The position numbers and the translations under genes are program-made. The notes under the pieces are model-generated. The model did not search any database and was not told where the DNA came from. It saw only the letters and a list, made by a program, of their open reading frames with translations. From Lacibacter sp. (lineage in GTDB: Bacteria > Bacteroidota > Bacteroidia > Chitinophagales > Chitinophagaceae), in the NCBI RefSeq assembly GCF_035299325.1, contig NZ_DATGWT010000041.1, positions 28,709 through 92,708 of the forward strand: DNA of 64,000 nt, given 5' to 3'. Of this stretch, positions 26,908 to 35,130 are shown piece after piece (position 1 is the first letter of the stretch; every line of letters starts with the position of its first letter).

Positions 26908-27881
26908 GTCGGGATATTTCAATAATTGATGTAGGGCATGGTAATGCCACTGTGATACATGATAATAGTGAAACTATAGTAATAGATTGTGGTTCTCATG
27001 GGGCAGGGCTGTTACAGTTTTTACAAGACAGAAATATTACCGAGATTAAAAGAGTATACCTTTCCCACGCTGATCAAGACCACATCGGGGGTCTGCTGAG
27101 CCTTCTTTCAAGTGATGAAATTAGCGTACGTGAAGTATATCTTAATTCAGATGGCTCAAAAGCCAGTAAACTTTGGAACGACTTAATCACTATACTTCAT
27201 GACAAGAGTCGTACTCAAAAAATCACTTTTGAAGTTTCAATTCATGACGAATTGCCTCCTATTAATGCAGGAAGTATTTCCATAACACCAATGGGTCCTT
27301 CAAAATATCTAGTAGGAAAAGGAGTTGGGAATACTGACAGGAAAAATAGGAAAATAACATCCAATTCAATTTCCTCTTCCTTTCTTGTTATTTATCAAGA
27401 TGTACCCTTGGTCTTTCTTAGCGGGGACATTGATCAAATAAGCTTAGATGAAATCACTTATAACGGGAAAACAATAAAGGCTGCTTCACTTGTTTTCCCC
27501 CACCATGGTGGAAAAATCGAAGAGGGAAATGTTGTTAATTTTACAAACGAACTTATTGCTGCAACCCAACCATCAACGGTTGTTTTTTCTATAGGCAGAC
27601 GAAGGTTTTCCAACCCAAGGCCAGAAGTAATAAATGCTGTAAAGAAAAGTAAGGTAAAAACAAGAATTGCTTGCACTCAGTTATCAGAACATTGTTGCGC
27701 TGATTTGCCTAAAGAAAATTCTGCTCATTTACATGCATATTATGCAAAGGGCAAACATCTTAAAGAATGTTGCGGAGGGACATATGTTCTCAATCTTGAT
27801 AACGCAATAACAGAATTTCCCATTTCACAAGATCATCAAGCCTTTATTACAGCCTCAGCAACCACAGCACTGTGCAGATAG
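26904..27881 (+). CDS. ComEC-type metallo-beta-lactamase-fold hydrolase (putative nuclease) with C-terminal Cys cluster
   Basis: IIDVGHGNATVIH...IVIDCG and YLSHADQDHIGGL (HxHxDH-type metal site in the ComEC/Rec2 C-terminal style) are followed by a later FPHHGG. The C-terminal Cys cluster is CTQLSEHCCADL...LKECCGG. Confidence 0.75.
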   Translation: MSRDISIIDVGHGNATVIHDNSETIVIDCGSHGAGLLQFLQDRNITEIKRVYLSHADQDHIGGLLSLLSSDEISVREVYLNSDGSKASKLWNDLITILHDKSRTQKITFEVSIHDELPPINAGSISITPMGPSKYLVGKGVGNTDRKNRKITSNSISSSFLVIYQDVPLVFLSGDIDQISLDEITYNGKTIKAASLVFPHHGGKIEEGNVVNFTNELIAATQPSTVVFSIGRRRFSNPRPEVINAVKKSKVKTRIACTQLSEHCCADLPKENSAHLHAYYAKGKHLKECCGGTYVLNLDNAITEFPISQDHQAFITASATTALCR

Positions 27882-27888
27882 GGTAATT

Positions 27889-28080
27889 TCATTTAGAAGA
27901 CTTCTCCCATTTCTTGCTTACAAATAGTTGCTGTTTTATTGATTTAAAAGTTTCCAAAAGGGCTTGATTTAATGCATTAATTTCTGCTTCAGCATATTCT
28001 TCATATTGTTTCGTATCAATTATTTCCTTTACAATTTCTTTATAAGCATCATATATCGGTTTACGTTCTGGATAAGCCAT
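27889..28080 (-). CDS. small helical hypothetical protein (63 aa)
   Basis: The short Lys/Glu-rich ORF is convergent with the four-gene operon and ends 8 nt from its stop. The coding status is uncertain. Confidence 0.3.
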   Translation of the reverse strand: MAYPERKPIYDAYKEIVKEIIDTKQYEEYAEAEINALNQALLETFKSIKQQLFVSKKWEKSSK

Positions 28081-28198
28081 TGTATAAATATTTAGATTGT
28101 AAATAATTTTTGCAAATGAAGGTAAAAGAATAATAAACCTTCCAACAAAGCAACCGTATAAAAAAAAGCGGATTAAACGTTTAGCCGGAAATTTACTA

Positions 28199-28744
28199 TC
28201 AACTCCTTTTCCCAGTAGTCAGGCCCTTGAAGTCAGCATTTTTTGGAAGAGGGCCATTATAAAAAAACAAATCAATTAAACTCACCTTAAGTCCTTCAGC
28301 AATTTTTATAATATTGAAAAGTTCCATGTTGTGTTCACCGTTGATAAATCTACTTAAATCAGCAGCATCAATATTAGATATAACAGCTAAATCGTCTTGT
28401 TTTGTAGAACGCCATTGTATTAAATCCAGCAATCGCTTTCCAAATTTTTCCTTTTCTGTTTTAATCCGACGTTCTAAATCATACTTCTTTGATAGCTTTC
28501 TAAAGCGCATCCCATTTTCATAATCAAAAAGAGCAGCAAGCGTCACATTGAGTCCGTTACCAATTTTTATTAATGTATTAAACTCAAAATTTGATGCCCC
28601 CTTTTCAATTAAACTAACTTGAGATTGTGTAAGCAAAATCAATTGCCCGAGTTGTGCCTGGCTTAATTCATCGTCCTTACGTAGTTGTTTAACACGTAAT
28701 CCAAATAATTTCGCTTCTCTTGAAAATCTGGCTTCGACTGTCAT
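28199..28744 (-). CDS. transcriptional regulator with two tandem XRE-type HTH domains
   Basis: The first HTH is LRVKQLRKDDELSQAQLGQLILLTQSQVSLIEKGASNFEFNTLIKIGNGLNVTLAALF. The second is GKRLLDLIQWRSTKQDDLAVISNIDAADLSRFINGEHNMELFNIIKIAEGLKVSLIDLF. Confidence 0.7.
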   Translation of the reverse strand: MTVEARFSREAKLFGLRVKQLRKDDELSQAQLGQLILLTQSQVSLIEKGASNFEFNTLIKIGNGLNVTLAALFDYENGMRFRKLSKKYDLERRIKTEKEKFGKRLLDLIQWRSTKQDDLAVISNIDAADLSRFINGEHNMELFNIIKIAEGLKVSLIDLFFYNGPLPKNADFKGLTTGKRS

Positions 28745-29344
28745 CAGTAATTTTGTAGTGGAAAAGTGAAGCCATTAGCAAAATTTTAAATTGGGGTATA
28801 TCGAATATTTAGAAATTATTCTTATCTTGCCTTAGTACTCTTACTAAAAGAGGATAGAAGTATTAATTTTGGGATTCTTCATTACTAATTTGAAGCATCC
28901 ATTTAAAGTCTCGTATCAGAAAAAGAGCAAGTTTTAAGACCACGAGACGCTAAGTGTGATGCCTGCATTCCCTATACAAAGGGGTGCAGGTGCTGCTTGC
29001 GTGTGGTCCAGCCTTTGCTCGGCTTCTGATACCGTAAGTTGTTGCCGCATCCCTTTCTATTTGCTGCGCCTTCTTAGGAGACTTTCATATAGGTTAATTT
29101 TTTTGCTATGAAAGTTCGCAACCATCACAAAGGCATGTATTTGCTATTAACCAAGTTTACCTGTAAACCTCAGGATCATGGTTAATACATTTATTGGTAC
29201 TTATTAAAATCTTCCCGTCTTACAAACTTCCCGGGTATTTAATCACCCGTTTGCTTTTGTTTTATTCTCCCCTTTAAGGGGTTCCTGAAAAGGAACGAAC
29301 GTAGTTCAAGAGAGGGAGCAAACATCAAAAACCTTTTTGCAAAA

Positions 29345-29881
29345 ATGAAACACTTCATTCTTTGCCTGGCATTGCTTTGCCCCTTCGTTTCCATCGCACA
29401 GCCTGCCGTCGGCACTCAGTTACACGATAGCATTACATCTGCCATCCCCGCACAAAAAAACCAGCTCATCATTTTAGATTTCTTTGCCACCTGGTGCAGC
29501 TCCTGTGCAAAGGCATTTCCCAAGCTCGATAGTCTGCAAACACAGTTTGGCAATCGTATCAGCATTCGCCTTGTCAGCAGCTATGGCACCCGTGATACAA
29601 AAGAAAAGATCACCGCCTTTTTCGTCCGCCGTAAACAGGCCACTGGCATGTCGTTCAGCTTTCCCGTCATCAATAACGACAGCCTTTTAAAAAACAGCTT
29701 CCCCCATAATAAGATACCGCATTATGTGTGGATATACAACAACAAACTCATCGCCATCACCCGCAGCAAAGATGTCACCGCCTCCAACATCAAAAAAATC
29801 CTCCGTGGCAAAACCATTTCCCTTCCTCAAAAAACTGATCCACCCTCTAAACTATCTGCACCGCTAAAAACTCCGGGCTAA
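29345..29881 (+). CDS. secreted TlpA/redoxin-like thiol-disulfide oxidoreductase
   Basis: It has a signal peptide (LCLALLCPFVSIAQ) and the thioredoxin-fold active site ILDFFATWCSSCAKAFP (WCxxC). Confidence 0.7.
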   Translation: MKHFILCLALLCPFVSIAQPAVGTQLHDSITSAIPAQKNQLIILDFFATWCSSCAKAFPKLDSLQTQFGNRISIRLVSSYGTRDTKEKITAFFVRRKQATGMSFSFPVINNDSLLKNSFPHNKIPHYVWIYNNKLIAITRSKDVTASNIKKILRGKTISLPQKTDPPSKLSAPLKTPG

Positions 29882-29968
29882 CGACTACGGACTACCGGCT
29901 ACCAGCTCACCCCCCACCACCCGTAACCCATAACCCCTAACTCTTAACCTAACAACAAACTAAAAATC

Positions 29969-32900
29969 ATGCAACCAAAACTTCTCTTCATCTTGTTTCT
30001 CCTCCCCCTCTTCTCTATGTGCCAGCCCATCAGCATCAAAGGCACAGTAATAAACGAAGAAGGCCAGCCCATCCCTGCTGCATCTGTTACACTCAAACGA
30101 ACCAATCAAACAGTTGTAACAGCTAATGATGGCTCCTTTACCATCGCAGCAACAAGGGTAAACGATACACTGCTCGTAACCGCCACAGGCTTTACTCCCG
30201 AAACAGTTCCTAACAACGAGCGGGGCTTACTAATCATCATGCTCAAACGAAAATTCACAGCCCTTGCCGAAGTGGTTGTAAGCACCGGCTTCCAGGACAT
30301 TCCCAAAGAAAGGGCTACTGGTTCCTTCACCCTTATCGATAACAAACTTTATAATGAGCAGGTGGGCAAAAGCATTACCGAAAGGCTGGAGTATATCACC
30401 AACGGATACACAACCCAGCCGCAGCGCATCAGTTCTAACAGGCAACCTGTTATCCGTGGAGTAACTAGTTTTTCCGCCGTCAATAATCCGTTGATCGTTG
30501 TCGATAACTTTCCTTACGAAGGCAGTATTGATAACCTCAATCCCAACGATGTCGAAACTATCACGGTCTTAAAAGATGCAGCAGCAGCTTCTATCTGGGG
30601 CGCCAAAGCATCCAACGGCGTCATCGTTATAACAACAAAAAAAGGCCGCTTCAACCAGCCCTTAAAGATCGAACTCAATACAAACATGTCGCTCACGGCA
30701 AAACCGGCATTGGAAAAACTCCCGCTTATCAGCACATCCGGTTTTATCGACATGGAACAAATGCTCTTTGCAAACCGGTTTCGTTTTTCCGATACCAATA
30801 GTTTGGTGCGGCCGCCTTTCACCCCCGTTTTTGAAATCCTTTTCCTTGCCCGTAAAGGTGCCATCACACAACAACAGGCACAACAGCAAATTGATCAGCT
30901 CCGCAATTACGATCTGCGGAATGAATTCCTGCAACACATGTACACGCAGGGCATCAACAAACAAATTTCGCTTTCACTAAAAGGAGGCGCACCAAACTAT
31001 GCCTGGTCGTTGTCCATTGGAGTTGATGATAACAAAGACAATCTCCATGCACAAAACAAACGCCTCACCACCCGTTGGGAAAACACATACCGTGCTTCTA
31101 AAAAACTGGAACTCTCATTAAGTGCTGCTTATACAAAAAGCAATTATCACAATGGTCGTCCTGCATGGGGCACCATCAATACATCCATCGGTAATCTCCC
31201 GCCTTACACACGCTTTACCGATGATGCAGGTAATGCCTTGCCCTTCTATAACGATTATCGGTTGCTCTTTACCGATACAGTCGGTGCGGGTAAACTGTTA
31301 GATTGGAACTACTATCCCTTAACCGATTACAAACACAATAACGTTACATCTGCTCTGCACGATCTTTCAGCGGTGGCAGGTCTTCGTTATAAATTCACTC
31401 CTTGGCTCAACATCGATCTTCGTTATCGCTACGAGTTACAACAAACCGAATCAGAAAATATCCTAACACAGGAAAGTTATTTCACAAGAGACCTCATCAA
31501 TACATTCACTCAACTCAACCGAAGCACAGGAGCTGTTACATACAAAATACCGCTGGGTGCAATACTAAACAGCATGTCAAATGATATGCTGGCGCAGGAT
31601 CTTCGTGCACAGCTCAACATCAATAAAGAATTTAACAAACACAACATCAATGCAATTGCAGGGGCACAGCTCAGCGAAAAGATAACCGATGGCTTCTCTA
31701 CCCGCATCTATGGCTATAAACCCGATCTCTTAACCGTATCCAATATTGATTTGGTAAATCCGTACCCTCGTTTTATTACTGGTGTTGCAGCGCTCATTCC
31801 AGGTGGTAGCGACTTCTCTTCATTCAACCACCGCTTCCTTTCATTCTATACCAACGCTGCTTATACATACAACAACAAGTACACGGTTTCACTCAGCGCA
31901 CGAAAAGATGCATCCAATCTCTTTGGTTTAAACACCAACGATAAATGGAATCCCCTTTGGTCAGTGGGTGCAGCTTGGGATATTGCTGCCGAATCATTTT
32001 ATAAGCTCAAATACATATCACAATTAAAACTCCGTGCAACATGGGGTTTCAGTGGCAACCTCGATCAGTCGAAATCTGCAGCCACCACGCTGCTCTATTC
32101 TGGTATCAATCCGTATACGCTCACACAAATAACAACGGTAAACAACTACTATAACCCCGATCTCCGTTGGGAAAAAATAGGGCAGTTAAACATCGGGCTC
32201 GATGTTGCAATGGCTGCTAACCGCATCAACGGCAGCATTGAATTTTATCACAAACGGGCAACCGATTTATACCAGTCCGTTCCGGTCGATCAAACATTGG
32301 GCATCGGCACCCTCATTGTAAAAAATGTAGGGGAGATGAATAACCACGGTTGGGATATTGCAATCAATACACTCAACATCAACAGGAAAATAAAATGGTC
32401 AACCAACTTTATTTTCAATACAACCAAAAGCAAGGTCACTGAATACTATGCCAATACAAAACAGGCATCTTCTTATGCAGGTAGTTCCGGCCGTGCATTA
32501 AATGGTTATCCGTTGTATTCCCTGTTTGCATACCAATGGGGCGGGCTGTCAGCAACAGGTGATCCGCAGGGTTTCTTACAGGGTCAGCTATCTACCGATT
32601 ATAATCAACTCAACGGACCTGCATTATCAGTAAACGATTTGCTGCACGTTGGTTCGGCAACACCACTCTTCTTTGGTTCAATGGGTAACACCGTTTCATA
32701 TAAATCGTTTTCACTCTCTGTTCGCATCACGTACAAACTCAAATACTGGTTCATGCGTCAGTCAATCGATTACGGTTCTTTATACAACCAATTAAAAGGT
32801 CACGCCGATTTTGATAAACGTTGGCAGAAACCCGGTGATGAATTGCTTACAAATATTCCTTCCATGCAATACCCCGTTGCATCTGGTAGAGATCAGTTTT

Positions 32901-33139
32901 ATACAGGCTCCGCAGTATTGGCAACCAAAGGCGATCACATTCGCCTCCAATATATCCAATGCAGTTACGAACTCAATAAAGCACTCATCAAAAAACTACC
33001 GGTATCGTCTATCCGCTTTTACAGCACATTCAACAACATCGCCATCATCTGGAAAGCCAACAATCACAACCTCGATCCCGACTATGCCGAGTTACCACCA
33101 GCACAAAATATCGCCTTCGGCCTAAACATCAATTTCTAA
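29969..33139 (+). CDS. SusC/RagA-family TonB-linked outer-membrane transporter
   Basis: It has a signal peptide and a carboxypeptidase-regulatory-like domain (IKGTVINEEGQPIPAASVTLKRTNQTVVTANDGSFTI). VVVSTGFQDIPKERATGSF is followed by a plug domain (TVLKDAAAASIWGAKASNGVIVITTKKG). The 1056-aa protein ends in ...FGLNINF and is followed by a SusD gene. Confidence 0.9.
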   Translation: MQPKLLFILFLLPLFSMCQPISIKGTVINEEGQPIPAASVTLKRTNQTVVTANDGSFTIAATRVNDTLLVTATGFTPETVPNNERGLLIIMLKRKFTALAEVVVSTGFQDIPKERATGSFTLIDNKLYNEQVGKSITERLEYITNGYTTQPQRISSNRQPVIRGVTSFSAVNNPLIVVDNFPYEGSIDNLNPNDVETITVLKDAAAASIWGAKASNGVIVITTKKGRFNQPLKIELNTNMSLTAKPALEKLPLISTSGFIDMEQMLFANRFRFSDTNSLVRPPFTPVFEILFLARKGAITQQQAQQQIDQLRNYDLRNEFLQHMYTQGINKQISLSLKGGAPNYAWSLSIGVDDNKDNLHAQNKRLTTRWENTYRASKKLELSLSAAYTKSNYHNGRPAWGTINTSIGNLPPYTRFTDDAGNALPFYNDYRLLFTDTVGAGKLLDWNYYPLTDYKHNNVTSALHDLSAVAGLRYKFTPWLNIDLRYRYELQQTESENILTQESYFTRDLINTFTQLNRSTGAVTYKIPLGAILNSMSNDMLAQDLRAQLNINKEFNKHNINAIAGAQLSEKITDGFSTRIYGYKPDLLTVSNIDLVNPYPRFITGVAALIPGGSDFSSFNHRFLSFYTNAAYTYNNKYTVSLSARKDASNLFGLNTNDKWNPLWSVGAAWDIAAESFYKLKYISQLKLRATWGFSGNLDQSKSAATTLLYSGINPYTLTQITTVNNYYNPDLRWEKIGQLNIGLDVAMAANRINGSIEFYHKRATDLYQSVPVDQTLGIGTLIVKNVGEMNNHGWDIAINTLNINRKIKWSTNFIFNTTKSKVTEYYANTKQASSYAGSSGRALNGYPLYSLFAYQWGGLSATGDPQGFLQGQLSTDYNQLNGPALSVNDLLHVGSATPLFFGSMGNTVSYKSFSLSVRITYKLKYWFMRQSIDYGSLYNQLKGHADFDKRWQKPGDELLTNIPSMQYPVASGRDQFYTGSAVLATKGDHIRLQYIQCSYELNKALIKKLPVSSIRFYSTFNNIAIIWKANNHNLDPDYAELPPAQNIAFGLNINF

Positions 33140-33275
33140 TTCATGTTCGTCCGTGCAATTCATGGCTCTTCATCTGTGTTCATCTGCGTTTATCTGTGGC
33201 CCCCACCATTGTAAGCGCAGCGCACAATACAATTCGTAGCCTTAGTCATTGCGAGCTGGCGAAGCAATCTGTTTC
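33139..33275. repeat. dispersed intergenic repeat, copy 2, plus GCGAAGC-containing module
   Basis: 33139-33205 aligns with 21215-21270. aagcgcagcgcacaa (about 33211-33225) matches aagcgcagcgccgcaacaa at about 39935-39953. cattgcgagctggcgaagcaatc carries the GCGAAGC mini-hairpin motif. It lies between the SusC stop and the SusD start. Confidence 0.6.
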
Positions 33276-33312
33276 AACTTGTGGATTCCTTAACCAAACT
33301 AAAAATCAAAAC

Positions 33313-34665
33313 ATGAAATACATATTACTTGTTCTGGCCTGCATCACATTGCTGTCATGCAAAAAGTTTCTTGATAAAAAATCAAACCAAAAACTCGTCA
33401 TTCCCTCTACCGTCCAGGATCTCCAGGGCCTCTTGGATCAATACACCCGTGTAAACCAGTTCAACCCCGGTGCTGCCGAAAAAAGCGCCGATGATTATTA
33501 CCTCACCCAATCCGATTGGGCAGCCTTGGCAACCATTCCCGATCAGCGCACATACATCTGGGAAAAAGACTTCCTTTTTGTAACAGGCACCAACGATTGG
33601 TCCAATCTTTTTGCGAATGTGTACAAGGCAAATCTTATAATTAATGAAATGCCAAACATTCCGCTTTCCGCCGGTACATTGGAAGAACGCAATGCATGTT
33701 TGGGTCATGCATACTTTATCAGGGCCAATTCCTTTTTACAAGGTCTGGCCATCTGGTCACCTGCTTATGATCCTGTAACAGCTTCAACCGATTTAGGAAT
33801 GCCCCTGCGGCTCCATCCTGAATTCAATTCGCCATCTGTTCGTTCATCGGTAAAACAATCTTACGAGCAGGTGTTGAAAGATGCAAAACAAGCAGCAGCC
33901 ATGCTTCCGGAAACAGCATTGCATTTGCTACGTCCATGCAAACCGGCAGCATTGGCCTTGGTTGCACGTACCTATTTATTCATGGGTAATTATGATAGTT
34001 GTCTTTATTACTCCGATTGGGCACTCTCAATAAAAAACAACATTAAAGATTACAACCAGCTCAACGCTTCAACAACTTATCCATTTGATCCACGTTTTTC
34101 AAATCCCGAAGTTTTATACGATTGCTATACTGCAAGCGGTTCAATATTAAATAATGCAAGAGCGAAGATCGATTCAAATCTGTATCGTTCTTACCATGCA
34201 AATGATTTAAGGAAAACGATCTTCTTTCGTAACAACAACAATGGCACCTATGGTTTCCGGGGTAGTTACTCTGGAGTAATTAATTTGTTCAATGGCTTTG
34301 CAGTAGATGAATTGTATCTCATGAAAGCAGAGTGTGAAGCAAGAAAGAACAATGCAATGGAAGCAATGAACACACTCAATACATTACTCATCAAACGCTG
34401 GAAAACAGGAACCTTCATCCCATACACAGCGGCAACAAAAGAAGAAGCAATTGAAAAAATTCTGTTGGAGCGTCGCAAAGAATTACTCATGCGCAGCATT
34501 CGTTGGATAGATATCAAACGCCTGAATAAACAAGGCGCATCAATTTCATTAACAAGAATACTCGGTAGCAATACATACCTGTTACCGCCCAACGATCTCC
34601 GTTTTGCATTACCAATTCCTGAAACAGTAATTGAGCTAACGGGGATGGTTCAGAATCCACGGTAA
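33313..34665 (+). CDS. SusD/RagB-family nutrient-binding outer-membrane lipoprotein
   Basis: The internal ATG at 33313 gives MKYILLVLACITLLSCKKF (lipoprotein signal). The position directly after SusC, the size (about 450 aa), and the C-terminal ...ERRKELLMRSIRWIDIKRL and ...ALPIPETVIELTG motifs are typical of SusD-like proteins. Confidence 0.85.
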   Translation: MKYILLVLACITLLSCKKFLDKKSNQKLVIPSTVQDLQGLLDQYTRVNQFNPGAAEKSADDYYLTQSDWAALATIPDQRTYIWEKDFLFVTGTNDWSNLFANVYKANLIINEMPNIPLSAGTLEERNACLGHAYFIRANSFLQGLAIWSPAYDPVTASTDLGMPLRLHPEFNSPSVRSSVKQSYEQVLKDAKQAAAMLPETALHLLRPCKPAALALVARTYLFMGNYDSCLYYSDWALSIKNNIKDYNQLNASTTYPFDPRFSNPEVLYDCYTASGSILNNARAKIDSNLYRSYHANDLRKTIFFRNNNNGTYGFRGSYSGVINLFNGFAVDELYLMKAECEARKNNAMEAMNTLNTLLIKRWKTGTFIPYTAATKEEAIEKILLERRKELLMRSIRWIDIKRLNKQGASISLTRILGSNTYLLPPNDLRFALPIPETVIELTGMVQNPR

Positions 34666-34686
34666 GCAATGGCTATGTCACAAGAA

Positions 34687-34722
34687 AAAACCGGCTGTTT
34701 CTACAACCGGTTTTACTTTTTT
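34687..34722 (+). terminator. hairpin terminator between convergent genes
   Basis: AAAACCGG-12 nt-CCGGTTTT is followed by acTTTTTT. It starts 22 nt after the SusD stop. Confidence 0.45.
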
Positions 34723-34736
34723 GTATTCTGATATAC

Positions 34737-35096
34737 TTAATCCTTACTCGCTTCCATATTTTCTCCTGTTACATAAGCCTGTGCGTTGGTTTCACCTTGC
34801 AGATCAAGATAATGGGCAAAATCAACTTCATCAACTACCCCGTTAGAATAGCCTGAGCCATAATCAGTAAGCCCTTCAATTTTTACAACACAAGGAATTT
34901 CTCCTTCATCACAGCCTGTGGCTGGCAAACTGATCAGGTCCCAGTTGCTCGGGTTTATCAGGTTACTATTACTGATGTCATCTTCCGAATACTGGAAATA
35001 AAGTTCATCAAACCCTGCTTTTTGAGGTTGTTGTGTAAATGCAACAAGCACCACAGCAATAACAACTGCACTCATACTCAGAAAATACTTTTTCAT
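34737..35096 (-). CDS. small secreted acidic protein
   Basis: It has a signal peptide or anchor (LSMSAVVIAVVLVAF), a strongly acidic mature part, and two Cys residues (ATGCDEGEIPCVV). Confidence 0.5.
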   Translation of the reverse strand: MKKYFLSMSAVVIAVVLVAFTQQPQKAGFDELYFQYSEDDISNSNLINPSNWDLISLPATGCDEGEIPCVVKIEGLTDYGSGYSNGVVDEVDFAHYLDLQGETNAQAYVTGENMEASKD

Positions 35097-35130
35097 AAAC
35101 TAAAATTTAAAAATGATCGCCTACTCTGTT

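Noticed and set aside
23352-27676. Antisense ORFs inside the four operon genes (23352-23567, 24359-24688, 25481-25930, 26270-26461, 26532-26762, 27458-27676).
   Set aside because: They lie opposite ORFs with strong catalytic motifs, and AT-rich DNA readily yields stop-free antisense stretches. They have no motifs.
33196-33312. The upstream start of the SusD ORF at 33196.
   Set aside because: The extension covers the intergenic repeat element and lacks a signal peptide. The ATG at 33313 gives a canonical lipoprotein signal.
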